Shown here: positions 1 to 32,097 of the stretch, one piece after another
How the letters are laid out: every line of letters starts with the position of its first letter
How positions within the stretch are numbered: the stretch's first letter is position 1
Assembly (NCBI RefSeq): GCF_009914755.1
Contig: NC_060933.1
Length of the DNA: 64,000 nt
Strand: one strand, 5' to 3'
Source: the human T2T-CHM13v2.0 reference genome, Homo sapiens
Translations under genes and position numbers: made by a program
The notes under the pieces: model-generated
Told to the model about the DNA's origin: nothing
What the model saw: only the letters and a program-made list of their open reading frames with translations
Databases searched by the model: none

Positions 1-19
1 GATATTAAAACCCTCATGA

Positions 20-696
20 TTTCTGTTTGGAATGTAAAATGGTATAGCTATTTTGGAAAAAATATGGCAGCTCCTCCAAATTTTAAAGTTGGTGTTATCA
101 TAAGATTGAACAATTTTACTCCTAGGTATATTCCTAAGAAAAATAAAAACGTATCCATAGAAAAACTTACACGTGAATTTTCATGGAAGCATTATTTATA
201 ATAGTCAAAAAGTGGAAACAACCCAAATGTCTATCAACTGTTAAATAGATCCGCAAAATGTGGCACATCCATTACTATTTACATCCAATGAAATATTATT
301 CAATAAAATGCATAAAATACTCATACATGCTACAAGATGGATGAACCTTGAAAATACCATGCTAAGTGAAAGAGGCCAGATTGAAAAGACCACACGTTAT
401 ATGATTCCACTGATATGAAATCTCTCGAATAGGAACCTCTGCAGAGACAGAAAGTAAATTAGTAGTTGCCTAGGCTGGGGTGTTGGGGAGAAACAGAGAA
501 TGACTGCTAGAGGATATGGAGGTTTTTGTAGGAGGGAATAAGAAGGTGCACGGGGGAGGGCAGTAAAAATACTCTAAAATTGATCATGGCAATGTTTGCA
601 CATGCCTGCAAATATACTAAAAGACATAGAATTTTACACTGTAATTGGGTCTATTACATGGCATATGGATTATATCTGAATAAAGATGTTTAAAAA
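20..696 (+). mobile_element. Old L1M 3' fragment
   Basis: GCATTATTTATAATAGTCAAAAAGTGGAAACAACCCAAATGTC..GGATGAACCTTGAAAA..GCTAAGTGAAAGA..AATAAA. Confidence 0.75.
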
Positions 697-1031
697 TTAA
701 TGATTTGGGAAAAAATTGGAAACCAAAGATGAGATAAGTCACCTATAAATTATACATTTATACTGAAGAATTAGTTATATGTAAATATAAGATGAGGATG
801 ATTTAGAGAATTAAAATCTCTATTAAGTGTTAGTCAATTCTGGGTTATGAGTATATTGGAGTTTGCTACTTTTTCTTCAAGTTGTAGTTTTTAAAAAACT
901 TTAAAAAGTGAAAAATAAAAAATAAAACAGGAAAGGATTTCACTATTACTTTATTCTCCCAGGATATTTAAGGTTTGGTCTCATTCTCTAAATGTACTTA
1001 AAACAAGACCGTTGGACTTACATTTTGTTAA

Positions 1032-15821
<14,790 letters not shown>

Positions 15822-16945
15822 GACAGCTCTAAACAGTGAGCTCGATGTGCAAAACGCAGTCCATGAAAACCAGAAAGAGCGAGTCTTCTGATTGGCAGCT
15901 GTGGCTGTCTCTATCATCGTGACTGTGGACTTCCCTGCTGTTGCCATCAGGGTGCACACAGCAGGTGCAGTGCTGTCACCTGGCTGAAGACCTGCAGCCT
16001 CGGAGCCTCTGGGAGGTCCCTTTCTCCCTTGGTGAAACACAGTCCTCCACATCAATTTCCAAACAATGAATTAGGTATGGCCATTCATCACTGTTCAGTA
16101 GTTTCCCCGTCCAAAGGCTCTCTTCCAAAACTGAAGTTTGATCTGTGTTAATAATTGTGGGGTTTTAGATGAGAAAATGACTATAAAGCTGTGGCCCTAC
16201 TTTATTTTTTAAAAATGACAGAACTTTTGTTCAGATGTAAAAGACAAAATTGCACTTTAATGTTTTTTGTTACTTGAAAACATATCTGGGATCCCTTTTT
16301 TTGGTCCTCTGCTGATATTTATAAAACAAGAAATGCTTCTTGGACTACCTTCACTGGCATTTCCATAGTCCTGGAATCCAGAGCCAAGTGGCCTATCTAA
16401 AATTCACAGCCCTTTTATTCTCCTGTGTGATGGTTAATACAACACAGTTGAAGCCTGGAAACACTACCATTATTTTTGGTGTATTGCTTTTTCTAATTGA
16501 CTGTTTTTAATGATTTTGATACATTTTAATGTTGAAATTAATATTGAATGTTAGCTATGAAATTTTAGTATTGAATTTTATAATGGAACAGAACATTGGT
16601 AGGTAACAAGATGCAAGAGGATGTCAATACAAGATTGTCTGCCTGTTTTTCTTTGTAATTTGTAATTACAGTTTTTGTAACTTGTGATTATGTTTTTAAC
16701 TAAATTTACCACCAGATACAAACACTACTTCTTACACAGAGTTATCCTTTATTTATATCATTAAGACGTGAATGAAACATCATCCTAACTTACTTCCCCA
16801 AGATATTGAGAGGTCATATCTGTTTTTCTTTATCATTCATTTCTTTTTCTAAAAGTTGTTACTGATATGCTTTTGATTTCCTATGACTCTATTATGTTGT
16901 ACAGAACATCTTTTCAATTTATTAAAAAAAATAGCTTAACTGAAG
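15822..16945 (+). other. CNTNAP3: CNTNAP3 3' UTR (proximal form; end approximate)
   Basis: Unique, U-rich sequence after the stop; ATTAAA at 16921-16926; further AATAAA at 17301 and ~17693 could give longer UTRs. Confidence 0.6.
16921..16926 (+). terminator. Candidate polyadenylation signal ATTAAA
   Basis: ATTAAA ~1.1 kb after the stop, with upstream TGTA motifs and a T-rich tract downstream. Confidence 0.5.
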
Positions 16946-18867
16946 ATCACTAATTCCTTTTCTAAATTTTGAACTGCTCTAGGCATAAATATCATTGTGT
17001 ATTATCCTTTCATCTAATCACTTTTGGAATGTAAACTGAAGGCTGTTCACTCCAAGTTAAGTTAGCATTTACATGATGTTTATTAAATCTGCCAGTCTGA
17101 TCAAAGGTTTATGACCATGGGGCCAAATTCCCATAGATTACCCAAAATTGAATATGTGCAGTTAACTGGAACATGTCTCATTAAGGTTTACATACACACT
17201 AAGACAGCAAAGGATTGGAATTAACTTTATGGAGACAGTTCCAGGGACTAATATTGAAGCAGTGGTTATTTGATAATGCATGGAACCACCATTTGGATTC
17301 AATAAACCAATTACATAAAAGCAATGATGCTACGCTCTTCATATTCCAGATACCAACTGCCTACCAAGGACTAATGAGATGATATATTTCTTCCACATCA
17401 GGGCAAGCTGAGAATATATTGATTCAGCGTTACTGTTACGTAAATGAATTTCCATCTTCTCATATGTGTTATTTTTGAAAGAATGAATACACTCTGTCTT
17501 AAATCCGCTCTTAACAAATGATCTTTTCTCAGAATACTACATCTGTATTGAGAGTAGACAGCCCATTGGTCACTGCACCTTTTGCAAGACAGCAAAACGG
17601 ATGCATCAAATTGCATTGATACATCATCACCATCAATCTTTTGCACTGATTTTTAGACTTAATCTTCTTATTTGAAAATAAACTCATTTTTAAATAAAAT
17701 AAAAAATATTTTAGGGAAAGCTCTATAAAATTAAAATTACAGAATTATATGGTTTTTAAAATTTATGCAAAAATGTGCAGACAAATGTATTCTGTATTGG
17801 TTTATGTATCACTTTGCCCTTGTATATTTTGAGATTATTAAGATTTGTTGACTTTTTTGGTTTGATATTTATCATCTGTTAAATTTTTCCTTTTAAATTA
17901 TTAAATGCAAAGTGCAAGAAAAAGAGATAAATATTTACTGATTGCTAGATGTAAAAATATCTATGAATATATATATTTAAACTTCTGCCAGAGAGCAACC
18001 ATCTAACAGTCAACTTACTAAAATCTAAATTGAGTACTTTTTACTGTTGCAGAGAATTAAGTCACTAAACGTTATTTAGATATATAGATGCTAGTTGCAA
18101 GTAACACCCTTTTGTAATATAAAAGTAAAAGCATAATAATTTCCCAACTTTTGTCTTCAAATTAAAAAAGAAAATAGCATATAATTACCATTCTTCATTT
18201 GAGAAAGCTGAAGATTCTGATGCTTAAAAACTTCAGAATTCTAATATTAAAAATAGAGTGGTTCATGTGACATTGAAGGCTTATCTCTGTAAAATAGTGA
18301 CACTGGTGAGTGGTATTATCTCAATATTTTTGTCCAAATTCACCTTAGGAAATCACTGTAAATCTTCATTGTTTCCTAAAAGTCATTATTACGGCATAAA
18401 CTTAACATACTTTGATAGTAGTTAGTACTGATACGTGACATATTCTACCCCGTGTCTCTATTACTCTGTCTCTATTACTGTGAAAAGTCACAGTAAATTT
18501 AACATTTTCTTCCAGACTGTGTATGATCTTTCATTGTAATAGAGACATGGAGTAGGATAAGTCATGTATTAACATATAAGATTTTTTTAACCTGCTCCCT
18601 CAGTTTTATAGATGAGACAAAGATAAGGTTGTAAGAGCTAATCTCTTCAAGTAGGCAGTACTAGTAAGTTGTCATGCGTGGACTGAACTCCTGGCACTTC
18701 TCTCTCTTAACTTCAATCCATAGAGAAGCCCACCTTCCTGCCTTCCCAGTATTATTTAGCAGAGGAGAAAATCATATTAGGCTGTTTGATACTCTGTTTG
18801 CCTAGACTGACCAATAATTCTGGATCTTTGTTCACATCTTCTCTGAAAGAATATTTGATGGGAAATC

Positions 18868-19496
18868 TTTTTTATTTTTTAATTTTTGTGTACATACTAG
18901 GTGTATATATTTATGGAGTACATGAAATGTTTTGATACAGGCATGCACTGTGAAATAAGCACATCATGGAGAATGGGGTATCCATCCCCTCAACATTTAT
19001 CCTTTGTGTTACAAACAACCTGATTACACTCTGTATTTTAAAATATGCAGTTAAGTTTTTATTGACTATAGTCACCCTATTGTGCTATCATATAGTAAGT
19101 TTTACTCATTCTTTCTACTTTTTTTGTACCCATTAACCTATCCCCACCTCTGCCCCACCATTATCTCAGCTGTCTACTACTTTTTTCAGCCTTTACTAAC
19201 CATCCTTCTACTCTATATCCATGAGTTCCGTTGTTTTGATTTTTAGATCCCACAAATAAATGAGAACATGGCAATGTTTGTCTTTCTATGCCTGGCCTAT
19301 TTCACTTAACATAATGACCTCCAGTTCCATCCATGCTGTCGCAAGTGACAGGATCTCATTCTCTTTTATGGCTGAAGAGTACTCCATTTTGTATGTGAAC
19401 CACATTTTCTTCATTCATCTGTTGATGAACACTTAGGGTGTTTCCAAATCTTAGCTGTTATAAACAGTATTGCAACAAATAAAAGAGTGCAGATGG
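18868..19496 (-). mobile_element. L1MA-type 3' fragment
   Basis: T-rich tail then GTGTATATATTTATGGAGTACATG..CCAGTTCCATCCATGCTG.. Confidence 0.8.
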
Positions 19497-21197
19497 AAAA
19501 TTGATTTTGATGGCTTTTTTCTTTAATAAAACATTAATTTCTTCATGTATAACTGGAAGGCAAACAAATGATCCATTTGCTTAGTTTATTCTTGAATCCA
19601 TAATGTAAGTGACAGAAATGGATTATTAAAATATACTTGAATTTGGGGAAGAATGATATGGACACATTTTAAATCAAAACATGATGAATTGGCTATTTAA
19701 CCTACTACCTCATTGGCCAATCTGGGGCAAGATGAAAGTATTTGTAAACACTGTTTTGGCAATTATGTGTAAAGAGAGAACCAATTTTTTAATTAAAAAA
19801 TTGAATTCTAAGAATTACAGAGCTTTTCTATTGGTAAAGACATTAAATATCATAGAGTCCAACGCTTTTCTCTTCCTTCACATCACTCCCAATGGATGTA
19901 GCTCAGGCTAAGTTCATTGCTGATGTATTGTCAGAACAGCCACTCATGGTTTAAGTTGGTATACTTAAGTGCAAATGTAACCTTAAGAAGGTTACATAAA
20001 GTTGCCATTACTAGGAGTAGTAGCAGAATTTATTATGGATTAATCATATCGTCGGGAAAATGTACTGAAGCACTACTTCCTGTGGTATTTTTTTTACAAA
20101 ATGATAACATAGTTTATTGCCTATAGGTTGATTATGACCTAAAATTATATTTTTGCATTTTATTGTGCCATTATATATTTTAAAATGTGAGGTTCACATG
20201 GTTGCATTTGCTCTGTGAATAAAAATGTCTAAAATCATAAGATGAACTTTTAGATTTTGCGATATGAAAATTTCTAACTTAGCTAGCTTGTGATGGTACC
20301 TAAAAATTTAAGAAAGCCCTTAAAATAGAACCTCTGTGACTGCATGAGCACTTTGTATGACTCATATCACATTTTAACTCCTTAAGCAAGCCAATGAGGT
20401 AAAACATATAATTGTCCCCATTTTTGCAAAATTCACAAAGGCCTTCACTGCTTTGAGAAAAGGTTACACAGATAATTACTGACAAAAATGGGTTAGAATG
20501 CAGGTCCTGAGATGTCTAGTTCCTGACCAATTCTACAGGTTGCCTTGCTCCCATAATATGCTCCAATCTACAATGTTCATCTTAATCTGCAGTGAGTAAA
20601 CATAATTGATAGCTAAATTTACTTCTTGTTCCAAATCTTTAGGATATGATTCATGTGTGTTATATACATACATATATATATATGTGTATGTGTGTTTATA
20701 CTTACATATTTTTTTTTTCTTATTTTACTTCTGGCTAAGATGGAGTAATAGGGAGCATATTTACCCTCTAACCCTCCTGCATGAAACAACCTCAAACCAG
20801 ACAAAATATATGAAACAATGGTTTTCAGTACACTGGACATGAGGCACGGAATGTAATGCCTGAAAGACAGGAAACATAAGATGTGTGCTGTGAGTATCCC
20901 AGCTTACAACTTGAGAGAATTTGAGACAGCAGTGACAATGGAGATAGATAGCTTAAGGAAGCCTAGCAAGTCTCTGAATGGAGTAGCTGTTGCTGAGAGT
21001 TCAGGTACACGAAGGTGGCTAGAGATTGCAGGATAGAGTACCGGCGAGGAAAGAGCTGCATTGGAGAAAACTTTGCAAATCTGGAGAGGGTCGCCCTTCA
21101 GTGTGTAACAAAATGCATGAAACTACCTGAGGCAAGGGAAAGAAACACTCAAAAGAATTACAGCGGCATTTATCAACCTTTAAAAAATTATTATTGA

Positions 21198-21574
<377 letters not shown>

Positions 21575-21996
21575 TGAAATTTTAATATCGCACATGCACT
21601 GCATATCTCTTTAGTACTATACGTATATCTGGGCTTTACACAAAAAGAATATTTTTCTTCTCTTCACTTCTCCCATCCCCCCAAAAAAAACTAATTTCTG
21701 TCGTTTTGGGGACAATATCACTCTCACTGAGAGTGCATGTTCACATACAACCATGAATAGAGGTGGTTGCCATGGGCTATACCAGAAATCCCCATAATTA
21801 ATAGGGCATTAGGTAGAATATTCATAGGGGTCTTGCCTCAGTCCTGACAAGTCCTAGACCATGTATTACTATGGCGGCCCCACTGAAGAAATCTTCAAAG
21901 ATTTGGAAAAAAAGATCAAACCGTTTCCAATAACTAATTGGCATCTCTGAGCAAAGTTCACATGTATTTCCAGTAACATAAAACTATCCAACACCA

Positions 21997-22283
<287 letters not shown>

Positions 22284-25200
22284 TCCAACACCCAACGAGG
22301 TAAAATCACAATGTCTGGTATACAATAAAAAATTACCAAGTGTGTGAAGAGGCAGAAAAATAGGACCTATAATGAGGATAAAAATCAATCTAAAATGACC
22401 CAGCACATACCCAGATGTTAGAATTACTAATGAAAAATATTATGACTATATTCCGTATTTTCAAAGATTAGGATGTGACAAGAAAAGGCTTTAATTAAAC
22501 TTCGAGAGATGACAATGTTAATGTATGAGATTAAAAAATACAATGGATGTAATTAATGGCAGATGAGAGTTTTCAGAAGAAAATATTAATAAACTTGAAT
22601 ATATATAGCAGTAGAAAGCATCCAAAATGAAACAGAGACAGAAAAAAAACAAAGAATAATCAGAGTATCGGTGATCTGTGGGACAACTTCAGTTGCCTAA
22701 TCTGTGTGTATTTGGAGTTCTCAAAGGAGAAAAGAGAGTGGATGGATAGAAAAAAATATTTTTAAAAATTAATAGGTAAGCATTTTCCACATTTGATGCA
22801 AACTATAAACCCACAGACCCAGCTCAACATCCCCAAGTAGGGGTGCTATTAAGAAAACCATATCACAATACATCCTAAGCAAATGGATCAAAACTCAGTG
22901 TGCTAAAGAGAAAAAGACAAGTCTTACACAGAGAAGAAAAACAAGGATGATACCAGACTTCTTTTTGGAAGCAATGCAAGGGGAAGGGCAGTGGAGCAAC
23001 ATCTTTCATGCTTCCAGTGAAACATCTTCCAACCAAAAGCAGAAAACTGTCTCTCCTAGGTTTCTATACCCAGCAAAACCGTCTTTCAAGAAAGGATGAA
23101 ACAAAGATATTTTTCAGACATAGAAAAGTTAAAAGTAATATATTATCAGCAAACCTGGACTATGAGAACAGTGTAAAAGCCTTTCAGGAAGAAGGAAAAT
23201 AAAGAATAATATCTTTGTGCAGATAGAAACATGGATCCACACAAAGAAATGAAGAGCACTGGCAATAGTAACACCATAAGTAAATATACAATACCTGCCC
23301 TTATTACTTAAATATCTTTTAAAGATAATTGGCTGTTTAGAAATAATAGCAGTGTCATGTGAGTTCTGCAGCATGAGTAAAAGTAAAATATATGACAACA
23401 ATAACCTAGAGAGACTTAATGGAAATATAGTTTGTAAGGTTCTTAGACTGTGTGTAAAGTTGTATAATGCCTATTAAAAGTTGGCTATTACAAGTTATCT
23501 TTAAGTTAAAACATCTGTATGGTGTAATCCCTAAAGCAAATGCTAGAGTAACAAAAACAGTGATAATATTACAATATTACACAATAATATACAATGCAGC
23601 GATGAAATAGAATAAATGTTTAAATGCTTGAAAGTAGACAAAAAAGATGAGAAAGAGGACAAAGAACAAATGGGACAAATAGAAAGCAAATAGCAAGATA
23701 TAATATAAAAATCTGATAAATTTGACCTTAAAATTAACAACTCTCCTTTTAAAATACATTGTTAAGAGAATAAGAGTCAAGCTACAGACTGGGAGAAAAT
23801 ATTTGCAACACTTTATTTGAATGCTGTAATTTTTTTTCAGAATATAGTTCATAAAGAACTCTTAACAACTCAATAATTAGCAAAAATAAAATGAAAATAA
23901 TGAATATAAGAAAAAATGATGAAAAGTGCTACGCCAGTGGACAAAAAGCACACAAAAATGTTCAATATCGTTTTGTCATTAAGGAAATGCAAATTAAAAC
24001 CACAGTGAGTTATTCTTCCCACTAAAATGGTTATGATTAAAAATATTGTCAGTACCACGTATTGTTGAGAATATGGAGCAATTATAATTCTCATACATTA
24101 TTGTTGGAATGTAAAATGCTACAACCACTTAGGAAAAATTGTTTAACATTGTTTTATATAATTAAGCATACATGAAACCTATGACCCAACAATTCCAATC
24201 CTAGATTGAAAAGAAATGAAAACTTATGCCCATTATAAGACTTACACAAGAACGTTTATAGCATCTTTACTTATAATATCCCCAAACTGTAAACTGCCTA
24301 AAAGACCTTCAACAAGAAAATGGACAAACAATTTGTGTTGTATTAATAATGAAATACTCTTCAGCTATAAAATGGACAAAACTACTGGTAACTGCAACAA
24401 ACATGGCTGAATCTAAAAAACCTTGTGTTGAATGAATAAATCTAGACACTATAGGGTACATTCTGAAGTCCTAGAACAAGCGAAACTAAGATATAGCAGT
24501 AGAAATTGTATCAGTAGTTACCTGGGTTGAGGTGGGATGGGAGTTGACTGCAGAGAAACACAAGGGAAGTTTCTGGAGTGATGGAAATGTTCTATGTCTT
24601 GATTGACTATGGTTACATTGGTGTGGACATTTGTCAAAATTCTGAATTTCATATTTGGAATTTGTATATTTTGTATATAAATTATACTTCAATAAATATG
24701 TACATGTATATATATGTGTATATATAATACATTTTGATATGTCATGATGTCTATCACTTCACAGCATATTATATTTCTATCATACCATATTTACATAATG
24801 GAAAAAGATGAAAAGGATGCTGTATTTTGGGGAAATCACAAGAGATTATCACCTTTATTTATTTTTTATACAAATACATATAAATCTTTCACAGTACAAT
24901 ACAAATGTCAAAATGTGGTATTTTCATTGCTCTATAAATTCTTATATGTTCTATGTATGTAATAAATGTTAAAAACAGTGTTTATATGTTGTATATGTTT
25001 ATTTGTTCTATGTGTTTATATGTTCACTGTTCTATAAATTCTCATATATTGTATACTATACAATCAGGTGATGAGCTGCTCAGTAAATAAGTGCTGAACA
25101 CTCTGCATCCCTCATCACGTCAAGCATTTCACATCCCTTTTCCTGTAGGCTTCCACAGTAGACATTTGACTTGCCAATTACATTTTCATCCATCATTCTG

Positions 25201-26264
25201 GAGAAGCCTGGAGAAACAGCTAGACACAGGGGACATACTCTATACCTTGCTCATTGTGCCTTGGAATTATACATATTGAAATATTGTAAAGATTTGCTTC
25301 ATTTGTATCAACATGGCTGTGAAATTAGATGTCAACTCTACCTCACTTCCAACTTTTAGGAGGAATCCAGATAGTTTATTAGAAAATAGAAGTGCAAAAA
25401 TGTTTGCTGTTTGATTCTCAGACCATAGCCTGAGATTAGCAGTATTAAAAAAAAAAAATAACAGACAGAAGAGGCCCAAGTCTCTCCCAGCTCCTGGGAT
25501 GCATGGAAGCAATGGGCTGTGATGTCCTACTGAGATAAAAGAAGTAGTGTTTGTTATAGTCCCACGAGCAGAAGCAGTAAGAACTTGAGGTAGGGTGCAC
25601 CTAAAACTGAGAACAAGGGAAAGAAAGCTGAAGTAGGAAGTGTCACCAGGGAGGGACTATGGGTCCTTACTATGCGAAGAGAGAAAAGGATTTAATTAGG
25701 TCCAACAGAATATAATGCCATTTCAAAAACATTTTCTGTTAGGGCAGTTTCCAGAGACTCTAAGTGGTTGTTTTTTGTGTGATGATTTTTGAGCTTGGTA
25801 GAATTTTTCTAGTCTGACTGGATCAGTTCTAGAAAGCTGCTCAGATGAATATGCAATGAATGCTTTCTCTCTTCACATACTTCTCAGTTAGAAGGAGAAT
25901 ATTTCAGTCCAAAAGGATGCAAGACCTTAGTTATATATGCCACAATCAGATCAGTGATTTTAATTTGCCCACCCTAAAGAAATATGAGTATATACCACTC
26001 TAAAGAAATCTTTCTAACATGTCTATCACTTTCTTCAATGATTCCATAGCAAACAGTTAATGAAAAACAACAATAATAGCACATGTATTAATCTTCACCA
26101 CTTGTAATTTTCCAAAGAATTTAGACAGATCTATTGCAAAAAAATTCATCAATTCTTATGTTCTTTCCAAATAGTTTTTGCACTAAATGATATTATTCAA
26201 CATTTCTCCATGTCTACCTGTACCCTCAGACCCTCACTAAATCCAATTAACCAAAACCCAAATT

Positions 26265-26990
26265 GGTTAGTGATGTTAAGCATTTTATGTCTTATATGTC
26301 TTCTTTTTATTTTATGCTTATATGTCTTCTTTTGAGAAACATCTGTTCATGTCCTTTGCCCAGTTTTTAATGGGATTTTTTTCTTACTGAGTTGTTTGAG
26401 TTCTTTATTAAAAAAATGCTCAGTATCACGAATCATTGGAGAAATGCAAATCAAAACCACAATGAGATATCATATTACACTAGTCAAGATGGCTATTACT
26501 AAAAAGTCATAAACAACAGATGTTGGCAAGGATGTGGAGACAAAGGAACTCTTTATACACTGTTGGTGGAACTATAAATTAGTAAAAACTCTAAGGAAAA
26601 CAGTATGGAGATTTCTCTAAGAACTAAAAATGGAACTACCATTCGACCCAGCAGTCCCACTACTGGGCATCTACACAAAGGAAAAGAAATCATTATATTA
26701 AAAAGACGCCCACACTTGTATGTTTATTGCGGCACTATTCACAATAGCAAAGTCATGGAATCAATCTAAGTGTTGCTTGGATAAAGAAAACTTGTGGTAA
26801 ATATACACTATGGAATACTATGCAGCCATAAAAAGAATAAAATCATGTCCTTTTCAGCAACATGGATGGAGCTGAAAGCCATTATTCTAAGTGAAGTAAC
26901 TCAGAAAATTAAATACTGCATGTTCCCACTTACAAGTGGGACCTAAACAAAGCATACACATGGACATAAAGATGGAAATAACAGACATAA
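26265..26990 (+). mobile_element. L1 (L1PB/L1MA-type) 3' fragment with a short inverted 5' segment
   Basis: 26265-26405 reads as antisense L1, 26410-26990 as sense L1 (GAAATGCAAATCAAAACCACAATGAGATA..ATGGAATACTATGCAGCCATAAAAAGAA). Confidence 0.75.
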
Positions 26991-27004
26991 AATAGGCCTT
27001 TTTC

Positions 27005-27369
<365 letters not shown>

Positions 27370-27435
27370 TCAAAAACATCTGTGCTATTTTGAAATATAC
27401 CAAGTTTAAAACTGTCACAAGAAAAATGTCTTTGC

Positions 27436-27986
<551 letters not shown>

Positions 27987-28987
27987 TTAAGCTGTTCTTT
28001 TGCCCATAGATGTACACATTTAAACTTGCTCCTAGCTCTCCAAGATTGCTTATTCGCTGATATGTTGCAATGACAACAAAATACAACTTCTGTTTGATTA
28101 AAAATAAAAGCAAGTAAAACATGTTTTTCCTCTCTGGGTTCTGAGTTGATTAAATCCAGCTTATCATTGATGTTTTAAAATTGAGGTTATATTATATAGT
28201 TTAATTTTCAAAAGAGACTTTGATATATGGAAAATGTAAGCCAAGGAAAATAAAAATATGAAAATTCAGAAATACCATTGCTAGCTCATCACATATGTTT
28301 ATTTAAATTTGGTTAGTATGCTGGAGAGAATTTGGGATTGAATTCAATTCTTTGTGCTATATACAAAATAAATTTACTAGCAGTTAGATGGAATTGGCTT
28401 AGAAACCTAATCCTATATGTAAATATTATAAAAATTTTTAATTCCAAAGTAGTTCAATAAAAAGAACTGGGCTTTGAAATCAACATGCTGGATAAATAGA
28501 CAACTACTGTAGTTAATTCTAAATAAGCATCCTTACAGCAAAGAGATACACATTTTTACAAGGCTCTTTCTCTCAACTTTGGAAATAACAAGTATCTTTA
28601 AATTGCCATTGTCAGTATCTCTTCAGTAGATGCCCCTTGGCAGGGTGTGCTCTGCACTTCTCCGCTGTGATTATGTCTAGAGGAATTGCATCAGGATGGA
28701 CAAGAATGGTTGTGTGGAAAAAGAATTTAGATTTGCTGTGAAAAATGGACTCCACAATGGATCTTCTGGGTTGATTAGTTAAGCAATTGAAACACGAAAC
28801 CCAGTGATTTGAAATAACAAAACAAATTGCCTAATTTAGAAATATAATGAAAACACATATATTATTCAAAGACATGTTGCAACAATAGATGGCTAGCTGA
28901 TGACTAGTTTTTAGTATTTGTAATATAGGGTGTATGTAATTTCTTTTTGAATTTAGCAAAATCCCAGCTTTTTTATATGGTATCTGA

Positions 28988-29236
<249 letters not shown>

Positions 29237-31048
29237 AACATCTTTTTATAGTTTCTGATTTCCAATGTACAATTAAACTCTTGGCTATTAGGAGCATCTA
29301 TACATCCCCCAACTCAGAGTAACCACTTTAGCTATTCTTAGCCAATGAAGCCAAAGAACACAAAAGACTGTGCTCCTGCTCTAGTTCTTTTATGTACCTT
29401 GTTTTAAGTCTTCCTTGTTCCCCGCTCCCTCTCACCATAAGGACGTGGCTCTGCTGACTTTTCTCTTTAAAACTCTATCCTACCCTGCTCCATTCACCTC
29501 TTTTATACTAATTAAAGCCTCCTCTTCCTTCTGATCTCAGCTTAAGAGACACTGTCTTGACGCACCTTTCGTTAGCCTTCCAAATCTGGCTCTTTCGTAA
29601 AACCATCCTACAGATCATTGTTCTTTTTCATCAGCATGGTTGTCTCAATTTGATGACTGATGTGATGATGTGACCGGTGCATGTCTTCAGTGAACTGTCG
29701 GAAAGCGGAGCTCGTGTGCACTGCAGAGTGTATTCCTGTTCCCTTCCAGGTGCGTGTGGATGACCCAGCAGCCAGGTCCAGCACTGGCCTAAGGCTCCAA
29801 ACTTCTACAGTTAGAAAATTGGCAAAGATACTGATTTAACTTTGGCGCGTTTGTTAGGCTTCTTCTTCTCTTTTTTTTTTTTTTTTTGGATAACACTTTA
29901 AATAACATATGATAGAAAATGAGAAGAGTTTATGGAAAATAATTTTATTAGTGTTTGTGGCCCTTAATGACTTAAGCCCTAAGTAGGGACTTCATAATTT
30001 CAAACTTTCAAAAATGTCTTGTAACATGCAGTAAAATGTGTCTTATTCGTGAGAGTCATGTCTATTCTAGGCAACTGTTCTCAGTTTCCATGGACAGAGG
30101 AAAAATTAGACGTACATATGTTTTATGGGGAGGAATTTGGACTAAACATAAGAAAGAATTACCTGGCCAGGAAGTTGTTGTTCACTATTACATTAACTCA
30201 TTTTACAGGAATAAAGGAAATAACATGATTTAGGAGGAATGTAACCCAGAAAGAGATAATGAATCAGAAGCCCTCCAAATTTCCTTTGAGATTTGTTTAG
30301 CATATGATTATGAGATTTGGTGAAAGTATGTCATTCCCAGTAAGTAGGTGTAATTTAAAATATGTAAGAAGTTCTACATATGTGCTTGGTAATTTTAAGG
30401 GTTATTATATATAATCATTACTGAGATCACTACACAGCTATGTCCTGCCAGTAATCCAAAAAGAAAAATCATTCTAGTTGTCATCAATTATATAAGATAA
30501 TAAAAATAAACTTAAAGTCTTAGGCAATATTTTAGATATTGCTCAGAAGTACATTTCTTTGTGTTATAATTAATGACCTTCTATGTGTGATTATTCAGAT
30601 TATTGAAAGTCTTAGTATTAATCATTCATAATAATTAATTTTAAATATTTGAGTAGTCAGTTCTAAAATAATTGAAATCATTAAAACCTGAATGTTGTTC
30701 AATCAAAATGACTTAGAAATAAAATAATATTATTAAAATAAGGAATTAAAGACTATAAATTTAGACAATGGGGAAATTAACAGAAACACTTCATGTCTTT
30801 GCCTTTATTTGGTAAAGGATAGACTCTTTCATCCAATAACTTTTTTAATTACCATAATTTTGAAAATGTGGGACTTTTTCTTACATCTTACACAGTATGT
30901 TGCTTGTCTGGCAAATTGAACACGTGGAGAAAAGAAATATCTTTGTCAAAATGAGCGCTTTATGTAGGACACTTTACATTATATTATAAAAATATATTAA
31001 TAAATAGGTCCATAGTCTGTAGAATATATAATAAATATCCTGAATTAG

Positions 31049-31380
<332 letters not shown>

Positions 31381-32097
31381 TTGTCCTAATATTTTTATCT
31401 GGCAGATGCTATACTTAACACAGCATTGGATTCTTAATGCCATTTGCAATCTAAAATAATAACACCAAACCCCAGTTTTGAGGTGAAATTAGTATAAATG
31501 AAGGTATATGGAATATTTGAAATATAACTGCTAATTTCAGCTTATTATTAATTATATATAGTTATTTTAAAGAAGAGCTGAGACTAATAATTTATCATCT
31601 CAACTAAGATGAAGGATGTTTTAAATTCTGCTACCACCAAAGTAAAGTTTTCTGATTTGCCATCTTCGACTAGGCTCCTCCTTGTCTTCAAATTATACCC
31701 ATTATGATAGTCCCCTTGTGGAAAGGGACTGGATTTTACTTTCTCTAAATTGCTAACATCTAGACAGTGGTGTACCACATTTAAATAGCATTCAGTAAAT
31801 AGATAAATGCATGCATTAATAAAACATTAATATGTCTCCGTTTTTGGCAAATATCTAATAGAAATGTGGAAGATAAGAGGAAGAAATCTACCCTTTGGAA
31901 CAAATATAATTGGAAATAATAGTCTTTGGATATATTTATATGGTAATCATAAAATCTCAGGAATTGTCTTAAATGATTTGCATAGATTAAGTCAGTAAAT
32001 CCTCACAGCAACTTTGTGAAGTGAGTTCCTAATATTCCCATTTTATAAATGAACAGACTGAAGCAGAATTAGTTTAAATAACTTCCCTAGGGTCATT

